Source: an uncultured candidate division Zixibacteria bacterium (GTDB taxonomy: Bacteria > Zixibacteria > MSB-5A5 > GN15 > FEB-12). From it: a stretch of 64,000 nucleotides of DNA. Location of the stretch: contig CAVPPI010000001.1 of assembly GCA_963707365.1 (NCBI GenBank), positions 39,257 to 103,256 on the forward strand, read 5' to 3'. Below the pieces are notes generated by a model. That model did no database searches. It was not told the DNA's origin and worked only from the letters and a program-made list of their open reading frames with translations. Positions 27,705 to 38,391 of the stretch are shown here, in pieces. The position numbers and the translations under genes are program-made. The number at the start of each line of letters is the position of its first letter. The first letter of the stretch is position 1.

Positions 27705-27729
27705 GGCGGGTTCGAAGACGGACCGCGCC
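27705..27729. repeat. Third copy of the second-class hairpin (GGCGGGTTCGAAGACGGACCGCGCC)
   Basis: It has the same orientation as the copy at 1057-1080. Confidence 0.75.
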
Positions 27730-28011
27730 CTACAAGGCTCACGCCGTAGCGCATCAGCTAAGATTCATACTGTCATGCTCGGAGTACGTCAGGCAAAACA
27801 CACAAAGTGTGGAAACGAAGCCAAATCGGTGTAAGTGATACGGAGAAATACAATTACAGCGAATTTCCGAAAATGTAGCACGGCAATGGTCCCCCCTCAA
27901 CCCGGTTGACAATCGAGGATATAGACGATATACTTTTGACAGACAAAGAAATAGGATATTTACCGGAAAAGAGGGCATGTCCAAAACGGTGATGTGCGAT
28001 GGAGATAGACT

Positions 28012-28323
28012 ATGAGTAACGAAGGACTACTTTGTTGGAGTTGTGGACGACCGACTGGTATTACGGGGCGGGTGATGCGCTCCGATGCCTGCACCAATTG
28101 TCTGGCGGATTTGCGCTGTTGCCGGGGATGTCGTCACTTTGACCCGACCCGGCGGTTTCAATGCCGCGAACCGTTGGACTCCAATGTCGTTAACAAAGAG
28201 AAAAACAACTTCTGTGATTTCTTTGTGGCGCGTGACGCCATGAAAACGGCGGGGGGGATCAGCCGGGTAACAGATTCCAAAGATGATCGCAAGAAACGTT
28301 TCGATGATCTGTTTGAGGACTGA
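28012..28323 (+). CDS. Small Cys-rich (zinc-ribbon-like) hypothetical protein with an acidic/basic tail
   Basis: It is 103 aa with CWSC, CTNC, CCRGC plus further Cys residues, and a C-terminal KDDRKKRFDDLFED. Confidence 0.6.
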   Translation: MSNEGLLCWSCGRPTGITGRVMRSDACTNCLADLRCCRGCRHFDPTRRFQCREPLDSNVVNKEKNNFCDFFVARDAMKTAGGISRVTDSKDDRKKRFDDLFED

Positions 28324-28482
28324 CAATGATAGCCATAGCTGCGGCGGAATGGAACTTTTGCCGAAGACAGCTGTTTAAATTAATGTCAATGGGACAGCAG
28401 AGAAGAGTTGTCACCGGACAAAGGTTGAAAAGTTGTGGAAGTTTAGTGAAAGTCTATTAGTACCTTACGTATTACCTCCCAT

Positions 28483-28520
28483 AAATAGAGCCTCCTAACC
28501 CGGGGCTCTATTTGTTTTAT
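28483..28520 (+). terminator. Hairpin plus T-run, possibly a bidirectional terminator between convergent genes
   Basis: The stem is AAATAGAGCC/GGCTCTATTT with an 11-nt loop, followed by TTTGTTTTA. It abuts the stop of the minus-strand UbiA-family gene. Confidence 0.5.
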
Positions 28521-29389
28521 ACGAGATACAAAACTACCGATACGGTAATGAGCCACAGGACAACGGTCAAAAGAACCGGTAGGTCAGTGATGAGGACTTT
28601 CGTCGGGGAGCCGCCTTTTTCCTCTTTGTGAATCAAATACAGATATCTGAAAATCCCATAGACGACAAAAGGGGTGGTCAGAAAGAGATTCTCCGTACCC
28701 AGCTTGGCCGAAACCTCGGGTGAGAACGAGTAAAGCATGTACATCACAACGACAGCCGGAGTAACGACTCCAATCAACTGATCCAACAGATACGGTGAGT
28801 ACCGGCTCAGGATTTTTCGATGGGCGGCGGCGTTATCCTCGAGAAATACCAGTTCATGCCGTCTTTTCCCGAAGCCGAGAAAGAGCGCCAGCAGCAGCGT
28901 GTTTATAAGCAGCCATTTTGAAGCCGGGACTTCAATAGCAAAGGCTCCGGCATAGGCCCTGAGTACAAAACTGACCGCAATACTCATTACATCGACTATG
29001 ACAACATGCTTGAGCCACACCGTATACAGCAGATTCAGAACTATGAAAACAACCGAGATGACGAAAAACGTAAGATTGACAAACCATGCCATCACCAGGC
29101 CGCCGGCCAGAAACAAAATCATCAGGACTACGGCAGTACTCTTGGACATTTTGCCGGAAGCAAGCGGGCGTTCTTTTTTCAGGGGGTGGAGTTTGTCTTT
29201 TTCGCAATCGATTATGTCATTGAAAATATAGACGGCCGAAGCAAAAAGACAGAACAGTGCGGTTGCCTCCAATGCCGTAAGCAGCTTGCCGGTGTGGGTC
29301 ATTTCGCCGGCAAAAATCAGCGGAGCCAGAACAATGCCGTTTTTCAGCCACTGAGCGGGCCGGATCAGCTTGATAATTGAGGAGAACAT
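28517..29389 (-). CDS. UbiA-family prenyltransferase, decaprenyl-phosphate phosphoribosyltransferase-like
   Basis: The N-terminus is IKLIRPAQWLKNGIVLAPLIFAG, the Asp-rich motif is NDIIDCEKDKLHP, and about 8 TM helices are predicted. Confidence 0.75.
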   Translation of the reverse strand: MFSSIIKLIRPAQWLKNGIVLAPLIFAGEMTHTGKLLTALEATALFCLFASAVYIFNDIIDCEKDKLHPLKKERPLASGKMSKSTAVVLMILFLAGGLVMAWFVNLTFFVISVVFIVLNLLYTVWLKHVVIVDVMSIAVSFVLRAYAGAFAIEVPASKWLLINTLLLALFLGFGKRRHELVFLEDNAAAHRKILSRYSPYLLDQLIGVVTPAVVVMYMLYSFSPEVSAKLGTENLFLTTPFVVYGIFRYLYLIHKEEKGGSPTKVLITDLPVLLTVVLWLITVSVVLYLV

Positions 29390-29525
29390 AGGCTACGATA
29401 AATAATCTGATAAAGCTGTTCAAGTTAAATCTGGCTGCGGTCTCAAAGGCGAGGGTAATTCGGGGTCAGGTGATAAGCCGATATAGGGCTTGTTTTTGTG
29501 CCCATAAATTGAGTATAATTGGCTG

Positions 29526-30470
29526 GTGATGCGCCGAAGACGTGATAAAGGAGAACACTGCCACTATTGTATTCTGGTGAACAGGTCGGCGGCGACCTAT
29601 AATCAGCGGACAATAAAGCGGCTTACCGGGCAAATTCGGGCCAAAGGTGGATACTATACGATATTCGAGCCTGATTCAGCCGACCGGCTTCACCAGACGG
29701 CCCTGAAAGCCTGTGGACTTCGGCGGTGGCACCACTCACCCCCGCAACAGGTGGCTCGCCGTGGAAAGGTTACCGCCCTTATAGCCTGTGGTGGTGACGG
29801 AACTTTCAACCTGGCTGCCTCGGCAGCCGTACGAGCCGAACTTCCCGTAGGTATTCTCCCTATGGGTAATCTGAATAATATCGCTCGTTCCTTGTACGGA
29901 ACCGAAGATGCCGACACGGCTATTGCCAAGATCGTCGAGCGCAAGTATCGCAAGATCGACACGGCCACTATTGCCGGACAGTTTTTTGTCGGATCGGCCG
30001 GGTTCGGGTTTGCCCCCCAGATGGCCGAGATGCTTGGCAGCCGCAGGAAACCCCGTTTTTGTATCGGGTGGTCGCAGCTCGGCGCCAAAGCGGCATCTCA
30101 GGTGCAACTGAGAAAGGTCGTTGTCAGAATCGATGCTTTCCAATTCGAGATCAACCCGATTCTCCTGAATGCCAATTTGCTGCCTTACAGTTTCGGCCTG
30201 CCGCTCAGCCCGGTGTCGATTCCCGATGATTTCACGGCAGAAATTATTTTCAACCATGCTCACGACACTGAACCATTTTCGACTTTTGCCCGCCAGATAT
30301 GTAAAAATAAATACGTATACGGCGATAAGATCAAACTCTTCAGAGGCAAAGAGGTCCGCATCGAACCGGTTAAGGGGCTGGAGTTGTATTACGACGGCGA
30401 GATAGTCGAGCTTGCCAATGACCGGGCGGAGATTAAGATCGGCGAGAAACAGTTGAAAGTGTTCTATTAA
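29526..30470 (+). CDS. Diacylglycerol/lipid kinase family protein (YegS/BmrU-like)
   Basis: It has the GGDGTFN motif and a DAGK catalytic-domain layout. Confidence 0.75.
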   Translation: MMRRRRDKGEHCHYCILVNRSAATYNQRTIKRLTGQIRAKGGYYTIFEPDSADRLHQTALKACGLRRWHHSPPQQVARRGKVTALIACGGDGTFNLAASAAVRAELPVGILPMGNLNNIARSLYGTEDADTAIAKIVERKYRKIDTATIAGQFFVGSAGFGFAPQMAEMLGSRRKPRFCIGWSQLGAKAASQVQLRKVVVRIDAFQFEINPILLNANLLPYSFGLPLSPVSIPDDFTAEIIFNHAHDTEPFSTFARQICKNKYVYGDKIKLFRGKEVRIEPVKGLELYYDGEIVELANDRAEIKIGEKQLKVFY

Positions 30471-30473
30471 TCG

Positions 30474-31058
30474 ATGCACAGATTTTTATTAATCCTGTTG
30501 ATTGTGGCGTTTGCCGGCAGCGCTTTCTGCCAGGTGGACAGCACCGGCACCGATTCGACCGTTGTAGCCGATACTCTTATATTTGAAGGTACAGGGCTAC
30601 TGGTTCATGCTGATCCTGTCACCAGCCCGGTCAATTTCGAGAAGAGACTTACTCAGAACCCCACGGCGGGCCTTTTCAAGTCGATGGTTGTCCCCGGGTG
30701 GGGCCAGTTGGGAAACCGCCGGTATTTTAAGGCGGTGATCTATGCCGGTCTGGATATCTGGTTCGTTGGCTCAGCCATTCACTACGGAAGACAGGCATCG
30801 GATTTCAAGGCGGCGTATGATGCTGCCGATGAAATAAATCTTCGCAACGCGTTCTATGATCTATATAGCGACCGCAAGGATGAGCGCAACAAGTTTACCT
30901 GGTTTGCGGTGATCGTGACGTTTATCTCCATGTTTGATGCTTATGCCGATGCGCACCTTTCGGGGTATCCGGCAAAGATTGCCGATGGGGAGTTGTCGTT
31001 GAATTTGGCGCCGGCCGGGGAAAACAGTCTTGTCGCTTCTCTATCCTACCAGTTTTAA
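30474..31058 (+). CDS. DUF5683-like secreted/membrane protein
   Basis: It has a signal peptide and the conserved PGWGQLGNRRYFKA motif. Confidence 0.55.
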   Translation: MHRFLLILLIVAFAGSAFCQVDSTGTDSTVVADTLIFEGTGLLVHADPVTSPVNFEKRLTQNPTAGLFKSMVVPGWGQLGNRRYFKAVIYAGLDIWFVGSAIHYGRQASDFKAAYDAADEINLRNAFYDLYSDRKDERNKFTWFAVIVTFISMFDAYADAHLSGYPAKIADGELSLNLAPAGENSLVASLSYQF

Positions 31059-32500
31059 TCCTGGAGAATGAAGTTCTTTACGTCGAGGCCGTAGCGGTCC
31101 GGGTCTATCTTGCGCACGATACTGCGATTTTGGTTCTCGGCCAGTGAAAGATCGACCCATTGGGGTTCGTCAAGAAGCCCGTCTTTGTTGCCCACTATTT
31201 TCACATACGGACGGGCCTTTTCGGTCTCGTGATTGGTGAGAACCAGGCCTATCTCATCCGTATTGAGCAGCACGACAGTTCCGGCCGGATAGATGCCGAT
31301 GATGTCATTGAATATCTTGAGCAGGAATGCGTCGAATTTAACATTCATCTGGTAGTGCATTTTCTTCAGGACATCTTCGGGTGGTATCGGTTTCCTGAGA
31401 TAGATTCTTCCCGATGTGAGAGCATCGAAAGTATCAACGATGGATATAACCCTCGAAAACAGGTTGAGGGAGACTCTTTTGTTGCGTAGCGCCGGATAAC
31501 CGGTGAAGTCGTTGTTGATGTGGTGCTCAAGGGCGGAGCGGGCCGCGCGCGCGGTGTGCACATCGAATTTGAGATTTCTCAGGATGGTCTTGGCTCCCAG
31601 GTGCGGATGAGTCTGCATCTGAATCCAGTCATCCTCGTCGTAAGCATCGGGTTTACGGATAAGATCGGCGGGCAATTTCACTTTGCCGATATCATGAAAG
31701 AGCGCGGCCATGCCCAGTTGCGACAGACGGGATCTATCCATTCCCAACCTGACGCCCAGAGTGAGCGAATAAACACAGACATTGGTGCAGTGGGCGTAGG
31801 TGTAGTCATCGAAATCCTTGATTGCGGTAAGTTCTATGAGCGAGGATTCATCGCGGGTGATATGGTCAATTAACGAGTGAACGACACGTTTCGTTTTGGA
31901 GATATTGATATCGCGATCCTGTTGGGTGTTGACCATGACCTCCTGCACCACGTTCATGGCCTTGAAGAACGAGCTTCGGGCGCCCTTACGGAACTCCCGT
32001 CGCACCTCTTCCGAGGCCGCTTCGCCGGTGGCGTGTTCACAGAGTCGTGATAAAAGTTGCACGCTGGCCATGCGTTTGGCTTTTAGTTGCTCCGAGAGCG
32101 ACTCCAGATTCTCGGAGCTGGGCTTTATTTTGGATATAAAAGTGAAGAATTGCTCGATTTCCTCCAGGCTTATGCCGGGGGAGAAGCGAACCCCTCCGAT
32201 GCCGAGAGTTTCCCACTCTTTGACCACAGTTGCGGCCTGTGACGGTCCCTGGTCATCGAAGCGGACCATCATTTCGTTCACAAAGTATCGTCCGGCAATG
32301 GACTTTATAAAGACAGAATTGGAGTCTTCGGAAACTTTGGTGAGGTGCCCGTGGAAGGAGGTCGCCTGTTTTTTGAACGTGGCATTACCTTCATCGATAA
32401 TGCGCGCGGTCTTGTACAGCACAAAGAAGGCGTTCAAAAGCCGCTGTTCTCTTTCGCCGGCAAGAGAGCGATTGACAGGTTCGTTCTTAACAGCGTCCAT
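31055..32500 (-). CDS. HD-GYP domain protein (putative c-di-GMP phosphodiesterase) with an N-terminal uncharacterised domain
   Basis: The key motifs are HCTNVCVYS...AALFHDIGK...HPHLG...HHINNDFTGYP. The start is taken at ATG 32500 (MDAVKNEP), which overlaps the upstream stop as TAATG. The ORF-track start is 32575. Confidence 0.8.
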   Translation of the reverse strand: MDAVKNEPVNRSLAGEREQRLLNAFFVLYKTARIIDEGNATFKKQATSFHGHLTKVSEDSNSVFIKSIAGRYFVNEMMVRFDDQGPSQAATVVKEWETLGIGGVRFSPGISLEEIEQFFTFISKIKPSSENLESLSEQLKAKRMASVQLLSRLCEHATGEAASEEVRREFRKGARSSFFKAMNVVQEVMVNTQQDRDINISKTKRVVHSLIDHITRDESSLIELTAIKDFDDYTYAHCTNVCVYSLTLGVRLGMDRSRLSQLGMAALFHDIGKVKLPADLIRKPDAYDEDDWIQMQTHPHLGAKTILRNLKFDVHTARAARSALEHHINNDFTGYPALRNKRVSLNLFSRVISIVDTFDALTSGRIYLRKPIPPEDVLKKMHYQMNVKFDAFLLKIFNDIIGIYPAGTVVLLNTDEIGLVLTNHETEKARPYVKIVGNKDGLLDEPQWVDLSLAENQNRSIVRKIDPDRYGLDVKNFILQD

Positions 32501-33813
32501 TAATCGCCTCCGTACTTGATTTCGCGACGTCTTTGCAGAGCTTCGTGGGCCTGCCTCTTGATATCCGCCCGCCAACTTCTGGACAGTCTCAGAAGAGTAG
32601 TCTCGGCTTTATCGCTGCGGTTAAGAACGAGAGCATCAAAGGCCGCACTTCTAAGAAACGCCAGAGTGTGGTTGCGGAAGATATTGTGAGCTGTGATCAG
32701 TTCCGTAAGAAAACCGACGGCTTTTTCTCCGCCGAGAACGGAGAAGGCATTCAGCAGCGATTGCTGGTCGTCTTCCTCGAGCGATGGAAACTTTTCGTCG
32801 TTGATGACTTCAGTGACAATATCGAAGGCTGCCTGTCCTCGCCGACACACGATAGAATTGACTGCCGTTCGCCGGACCTGCGCGTTGGGGTCGCTGATGG
32901 CCTTTCTAAGCAGCGGCAGAGCGTTTTCGTTTGAACAGTCCTTTAACAGCAGCACGAGCTGCATTCTGACCTCGGCTTCCGTGTGAGTGATTACCTTGGA
33001 AAGGTAATTGAGCGCCTTGTCGTCGCCCACCTGGGCGAGGATTGATATCGCGTTCATGACAACATCGGAATTCTTGTCAAAGATGCCCCTGGCAACCAGA
33101 TCAAGATTTTCCTTTCCGCGCTCGGCCAGAAAATGCAGCACCCCGTTCTTGTGGTGGGTATGCTGGAGATAGCTGACAATGGCCGTAATGTTATTCATGG
33201 CTTCCCAGCCGAAATTGCTCAAATATTTTTTTACCTCGGCGTCGTTGATCTCCGGATGGACATTAAGGGACTCACCCAGGGCTTCCAGGCGGTTTCGACT
33301 GCCGGCGGTTATGTAGGCCTCTTTGAGGCGGTCAGCCCACGCCGGTTTCTCTTTTCTGACTCTCATATCAAGTGATTTCATGTGAGCAAGGAGTTGTCCG
33401 GCTTCGACAAGCTTCGCCTCCCGGATGAATTCGCCCATGATCTTTTCGCAAATCGTAATGGTTTCACTGAATCCCGGCAACTCGGATTCCTGAAGCATCA
33501 TCTCCTTGAGAAGGTCAACGGTCGAGGTGTATGGCTCGAAGGAAGCATCCTGTTCAATCAGGCCGCGAATTACTTCCTCTTCCTCCTCGGACAGTTTGAA
33601 TTCATCGTTGAGAATGAGGGTTGTATTCGGAATCGATTTCAATTCTTCGGACTGTTCTCCTCTGGCTCTGGAGAATACTTCGCCAACAGCTACGGGTGCA
33701 GAGGTATCGTCCAGTTCGCTGAGCTGGAGTCGGGAAGAGTCGCTGTCGTCATAGGAACCGCGATGTTGGGCGTAGTCGCCTACTCTTATGCCGCCAATCG
33801 GTGATGAATCCAT
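32500..33813 (-). CDS. HEAT/armadillo-type repeat protein
   Basis: It is 437 aa with an acidic N-terminus and a C-terminal half of HEAT-like repeats (SDVVMNAISILAQVGDDKALNYL, EAEVRMQLVLLLKDC, DPNAQVRRTAVNSI). Confidence 0.65.
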   Translation of the reverse strand: MDSSPIGGIRVGDYAQHRGSYDDSDSSRLQLSELDDTSAPVAVGEVFSRARGEQSEELKSIPNTTLILNDEFKLSEEEEEVIRGLIEQDASFEPYTSTVDLLKEMMLQESELPGFSETITICEKIMGEFIREAKLVEAGQLLAHMKSLDMRVRKEKPAWADRLKEAYITAGSRNRLEALGESLNVHPEINDAEVKKYLSNFGWEAMNNITAIVSYLQHTHHKNGVLHFLAERGKENLDLVARGIFDKNSDVVMNAISILAQVGDDKALNYLSKVITHTEAEVRMQLVLLLKDCSNENALPLLRKAISDPNAQVRRTAVNSIVCRRGQAAFDIVTEVINDEKFPSLEEDDQQSLLNAFSVLGGEKAVGFLTELITAHNIFRNHTLAFLRSAAFDALVLNRSDKAETTLLRLSRSWRADIKRQAHEALQRRREIKYGGD

Positions 33814-33932
33814 CGGTTGCGCTCTACCCCGGATATCGCTCGGTTCGAATACATCGGAGTCCTCCAGATTCCGAGGACTCCCATTTTCCCGAATCGGAGT
33901 CGCGGTTGAATATCTGATGGTAATCTTCAGAG

Positions 33933-34523
33933 CTATCGGTTCCGAAACATCGACTCGTTTTCGGCGTCAGCTCCACCCGACGAAACGTACTTCTCGAGAT
34001 CAAAGCCATCATCGTATTCCGACAGGGACACATCTTCAAGTGTCTTGACTGCCAGGCCGGCCACCCCGGCTTCCCAGATCAGAGCCGCGAGGTCCTGTGA
34101 AATATCGGGCGTGTTTACATAGAGTTTGATGACGTCAAGGAGTTTGTAGATTTCGAGGACATCCAGCCCCGGCTTGAACGTAATCCGGGTTATGCCGGCT
34201 TTGTAAAAGATTGAGGCAAGGTTCTCTTCTTGAGAAGGACTGTGAAAAACGGTGTCTCCGAGATAGGTCATGAAGTCTTTATGGACATCTACGGTAATTT
34301 CCCCGTATTCGTCGATTATCGACTCGAGCTTTTCGGCAAAAGACCGTTTGAGACTCTGCGGCAGAGGGTTGTTCTCAGGGTACATCGAAACGACTTTGAT
34401 GACCTTGAGCAAATCCTTCAGGATCAGTGATATATCTTGTATTTTCTTGTTGTCCGTTGTCATTTCCACATTCTGGCGTAAGTGTATTTGTACCCTGATT
34501 ATATCGGCAAATTGGTTTGTCAT
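33933..34523 (-). CDS. Hypothetical protein sharing a ~100-aa module with the N-terminus of the downstream HD-GYP protein
   Basis: It is 196 aa. Its motif KAGITRITFKPGLDVLEIYKLLDVI parallels TLGIGGVRFSPGISLEEIEQFFTFI in the HD-GYP protein. Confidence 0.6.
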   Translation of the reverse strand: MTNQFADIIRVQIHLRQNVEMTTDNKKIQDISLILKDLLKVIKVVSMYPENNPLPQSLKRSFAEKLESIIDEYGEITVDVHKDFMTYLGDTVFHSPSQEENLASIFYKAGITRITFKPGLDVLEIYKLLDVIKLYVNTPDISQDLAALIWEAGVAGLAVKTLEDVSLSEYDDGFDLEKYVSSGGADAENESMFRNR

Positions 34524-34539
34524 TTGAACTTATCAGGCA

Positions 34540-34566
34540 ATAAAAAACCCGCCCCGGGGCGGGTCT
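34540..34566 (-). terminator. Rho-independent terminator after the sugar-nucleotide gene cluster
   Basis: The minus strand reads ACCCGCC-CCGG-GGCGGGT followed by TTTTTATT. Confidence 0.75.
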
Positions 34567-34591
34567 TCGTCAAATTCAGGCTAAATACTGC

Positions 34592-35932
34592 CTAAAGCAG
34601 TTCGATTTTCTGTCTGTTCTTTTTGACTTTCTTGGTGGCGTTGCGGGTGTCAAAAACCGCTTTAGCGTTCTGGACAACCCATTCGTAATCATACTGAGTA
34701 TGGTCAGTTACGATTACCACCAGATCGACCTTGTTGATCAGGGCTTTTGTCAACTTTGTCGAACGGTGCTTGTGGCCGTTGAAGTCGAATTCCGGGACAA
34801 AAGGGTCGTTATAAAAAACCCGGGCGCCTTTGGCTTCCAACAGATTGATAACATCCAGAGCCGGAGACTCGCGCATATCCTTGATGTCGCGTTTGTATGC
34901 CACGCCAAGCACCAGAACGGATGATTTGTTAAGAGCTTTGGCAAAACGACGGTTCAACATAGCCGTTACCCGCTCAACCACGTATTCGGGCATGTGACTA
35001 TTGATATCACCGGCCAATTCAATGAAACGGGCATAGTAGTTCAGGGACTTGAGTTTCCATGACAGGTAATGGGGATCGATCGGGATACAGTGTCCTCCCA
35101 GACCGGGACCGGGGTAGAAGGGCATGAACCCGAACGGCTTGGTGGCCGCGGCGTCAATGATCTCCCATACGTCCAGATTCAGCCGGGCGCACATGAGTGC
35201 CACTTCGTTGACCAAACCGATATTAACCGAGCGAAAAGTGTTCTCAAGAAGTTTAACCATCTCCGCAGCCTGCGTGGATGATACGGCGTGGACGTGGGGC
35301 ATAGTCTGCTCGTAAAAGGTCCTGGCAATCTTAGAGCATGTCGGTGTGGTTCCACCAACAACCCTGGGAGTGTTTCTGGTGGTGAACACGGGATTGCCGG
35401 GGTCAACACGCTCAGGGGAGAAAGCGAGGAAGAAATCAACACCGACCTTCATGCCTGCTTCGGACAACAAAGGAAGAATCAAATCTTCGGTAGTTCCGGG
35501 ATAGGTTGTCGACTCCAGCACCACCAGAGTTCCTTTTCGGATATACTTCTTGATACTGTTGAGAGCATTGAGAATATAGCTGACATCGGGATCCTTGGTT
35601 TTCGACAACGGCGTGGGAACACAAATGGAAATTGTATCCATCTTGCTGATCAATTTCCAGTCTGCGGTTGCTTTGAAGAGTCCGGATTCCACAGCTTTCC
35701 TGACAATGTCATCGGAGATGTCATCGATATCGGATTTTCCCGAGTTCAGCAATTTCACTTTTTGAGGAGATATATCAAACCCGGTGACAGTGAACCCGGC
35801 ATTGGCAAGTTCGATAGACAGTGGTAATCCCACGTAGCCAAGACCCACCACACCCGCCATAGCTTTTTTGTCTTTTATTTTCTTTAGCAGGTCATGGGCC
35901 AACTGGCTTCGTTTTCCGTTTGTTTTGGCCAT
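34592..35932 (-). CDS. Nucleotide-sugar 6-dehydrogenase (UDP-GlcNAc/UDP-ManNAc dehydrogenase family)
   Basis: It has the N-terminal Rossmann motif GVVGLGYVGLPL, catalytic-Cys region GLGGHCIP, and is 446 aa long. Confidence 0.85.
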   Translation of the reverse strand: MAKTNGKRSQLAHDLLKKIKDKKAMAGVVGLGYVGLPLSIELANAGFTVTGFDISPQKVKLLNSGKSDIDDISDDIVRKAVESGLFKATADWKLISKMDTISICVPTPLSKTKDPDVSYILNALNSIKKYIRKGTLVVLESTTYPGTTEDLILPLLSEAGMKVGVDFFLAFSPERVDPGNPVFTTRNTPRVVGGTTPTCSKIARTFYEQTMPHVHAVSSTQAAEMVKLLENTFRSVNIGLVNEVALMCARLNLDVWEIIDAAATKPFGFMPFYPGPGLGGHCIPIDPHYLSWKLKSLNYYARFIELAGDINSHMPEYVVERVTAMLNRRFAKALNKSSVLVLGVAYKRDIKDMRESPALDVINLLEAKGARVFYNDPFVPEFDFNGHKHRSTKLTKALINKVDLVVIVTDHTQYDYEWVVQNAKAVFDTRNATKKVKKNRQKIELL

Positions 35933-35969
35933 TATTTCTTTCTCCTGAAAGGGCTTTGTCGAAATCCAA

Positions 35970-37903
<1,934 letters not shown>

Positions 37904-38088
37904 TTAAAATCTACTAATTTTCCCATATGTTGTTATATAACTTAGCATTTATCAAGGTCAATCGGAAGTTTTGAATATAAGTTTTATGCTAAAACAGGTC
38001 AAATGTATTAATTTTTCCGTGCTTTCGCGCCGTATTTTGGTCAAAACCTGTAAAGTGCTGTTAACAATTGACTTATTTGGGGGCATTG

Positions 38089-38391
38089 ATGCGGAAGACG
38101 GCAACAATTACCTTTATCATAGGTGCGCTGCTTATAATAGCCGGTGCTGTGGAATCTAAGCAGAGAGGAGCCGATTTGTCATCAGAACAGATTACCGCCG
38201 ATTCGCTGCTGAGCGAAGCAGACAGAATTTTCCAATCGCGTGATTACCAATCGGCGATGGAGCAGTACCACCGGGCATTGGACCGGGCCAGAGAAGAATT
38301 CAACCGTTCGGTGGAGGTGGAAGCTCTATCTCAGGTGGCCCGGATGAACCTGCTGCTGGATAAGAAGGAAGATGGCCGCAGCTTATCTTGA
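38089..38391 (+). CDS. TPR protein, N-terminal part (TM anchor plus first TPR); probably the same gene as 38388..39077
   Basis: It begins MRKTATITFIIGALLIIAGAV and has a TPR-like segment ADRIFQSRDYQSAMEQYHRAL. Its stop overlaps the next ORF's TTG start (TTGA). Confidence 0.55.
   Translation: MRKTATITFIIGALLIIAGAVESKQRGADLSSEQITADSLLSEADRIFQSRDYQSAMEQYHRALDRAREEFNRSVEVEALSQVARMNLLLDKKEDGRSLS

Noticed and set aside
27590-28011. Small ORFs 27619..27834(+) and 27754..27984(-) and a possible ncRNA in the repeat island
   Set aside because: The ORFs have no Shine-Dalgarno or family signal and overlap repeat copies. The local hairpins (for example CCCTGCCGGGCAGGG at ~27670) are single-copy and cannot be assigned to any RNA family.
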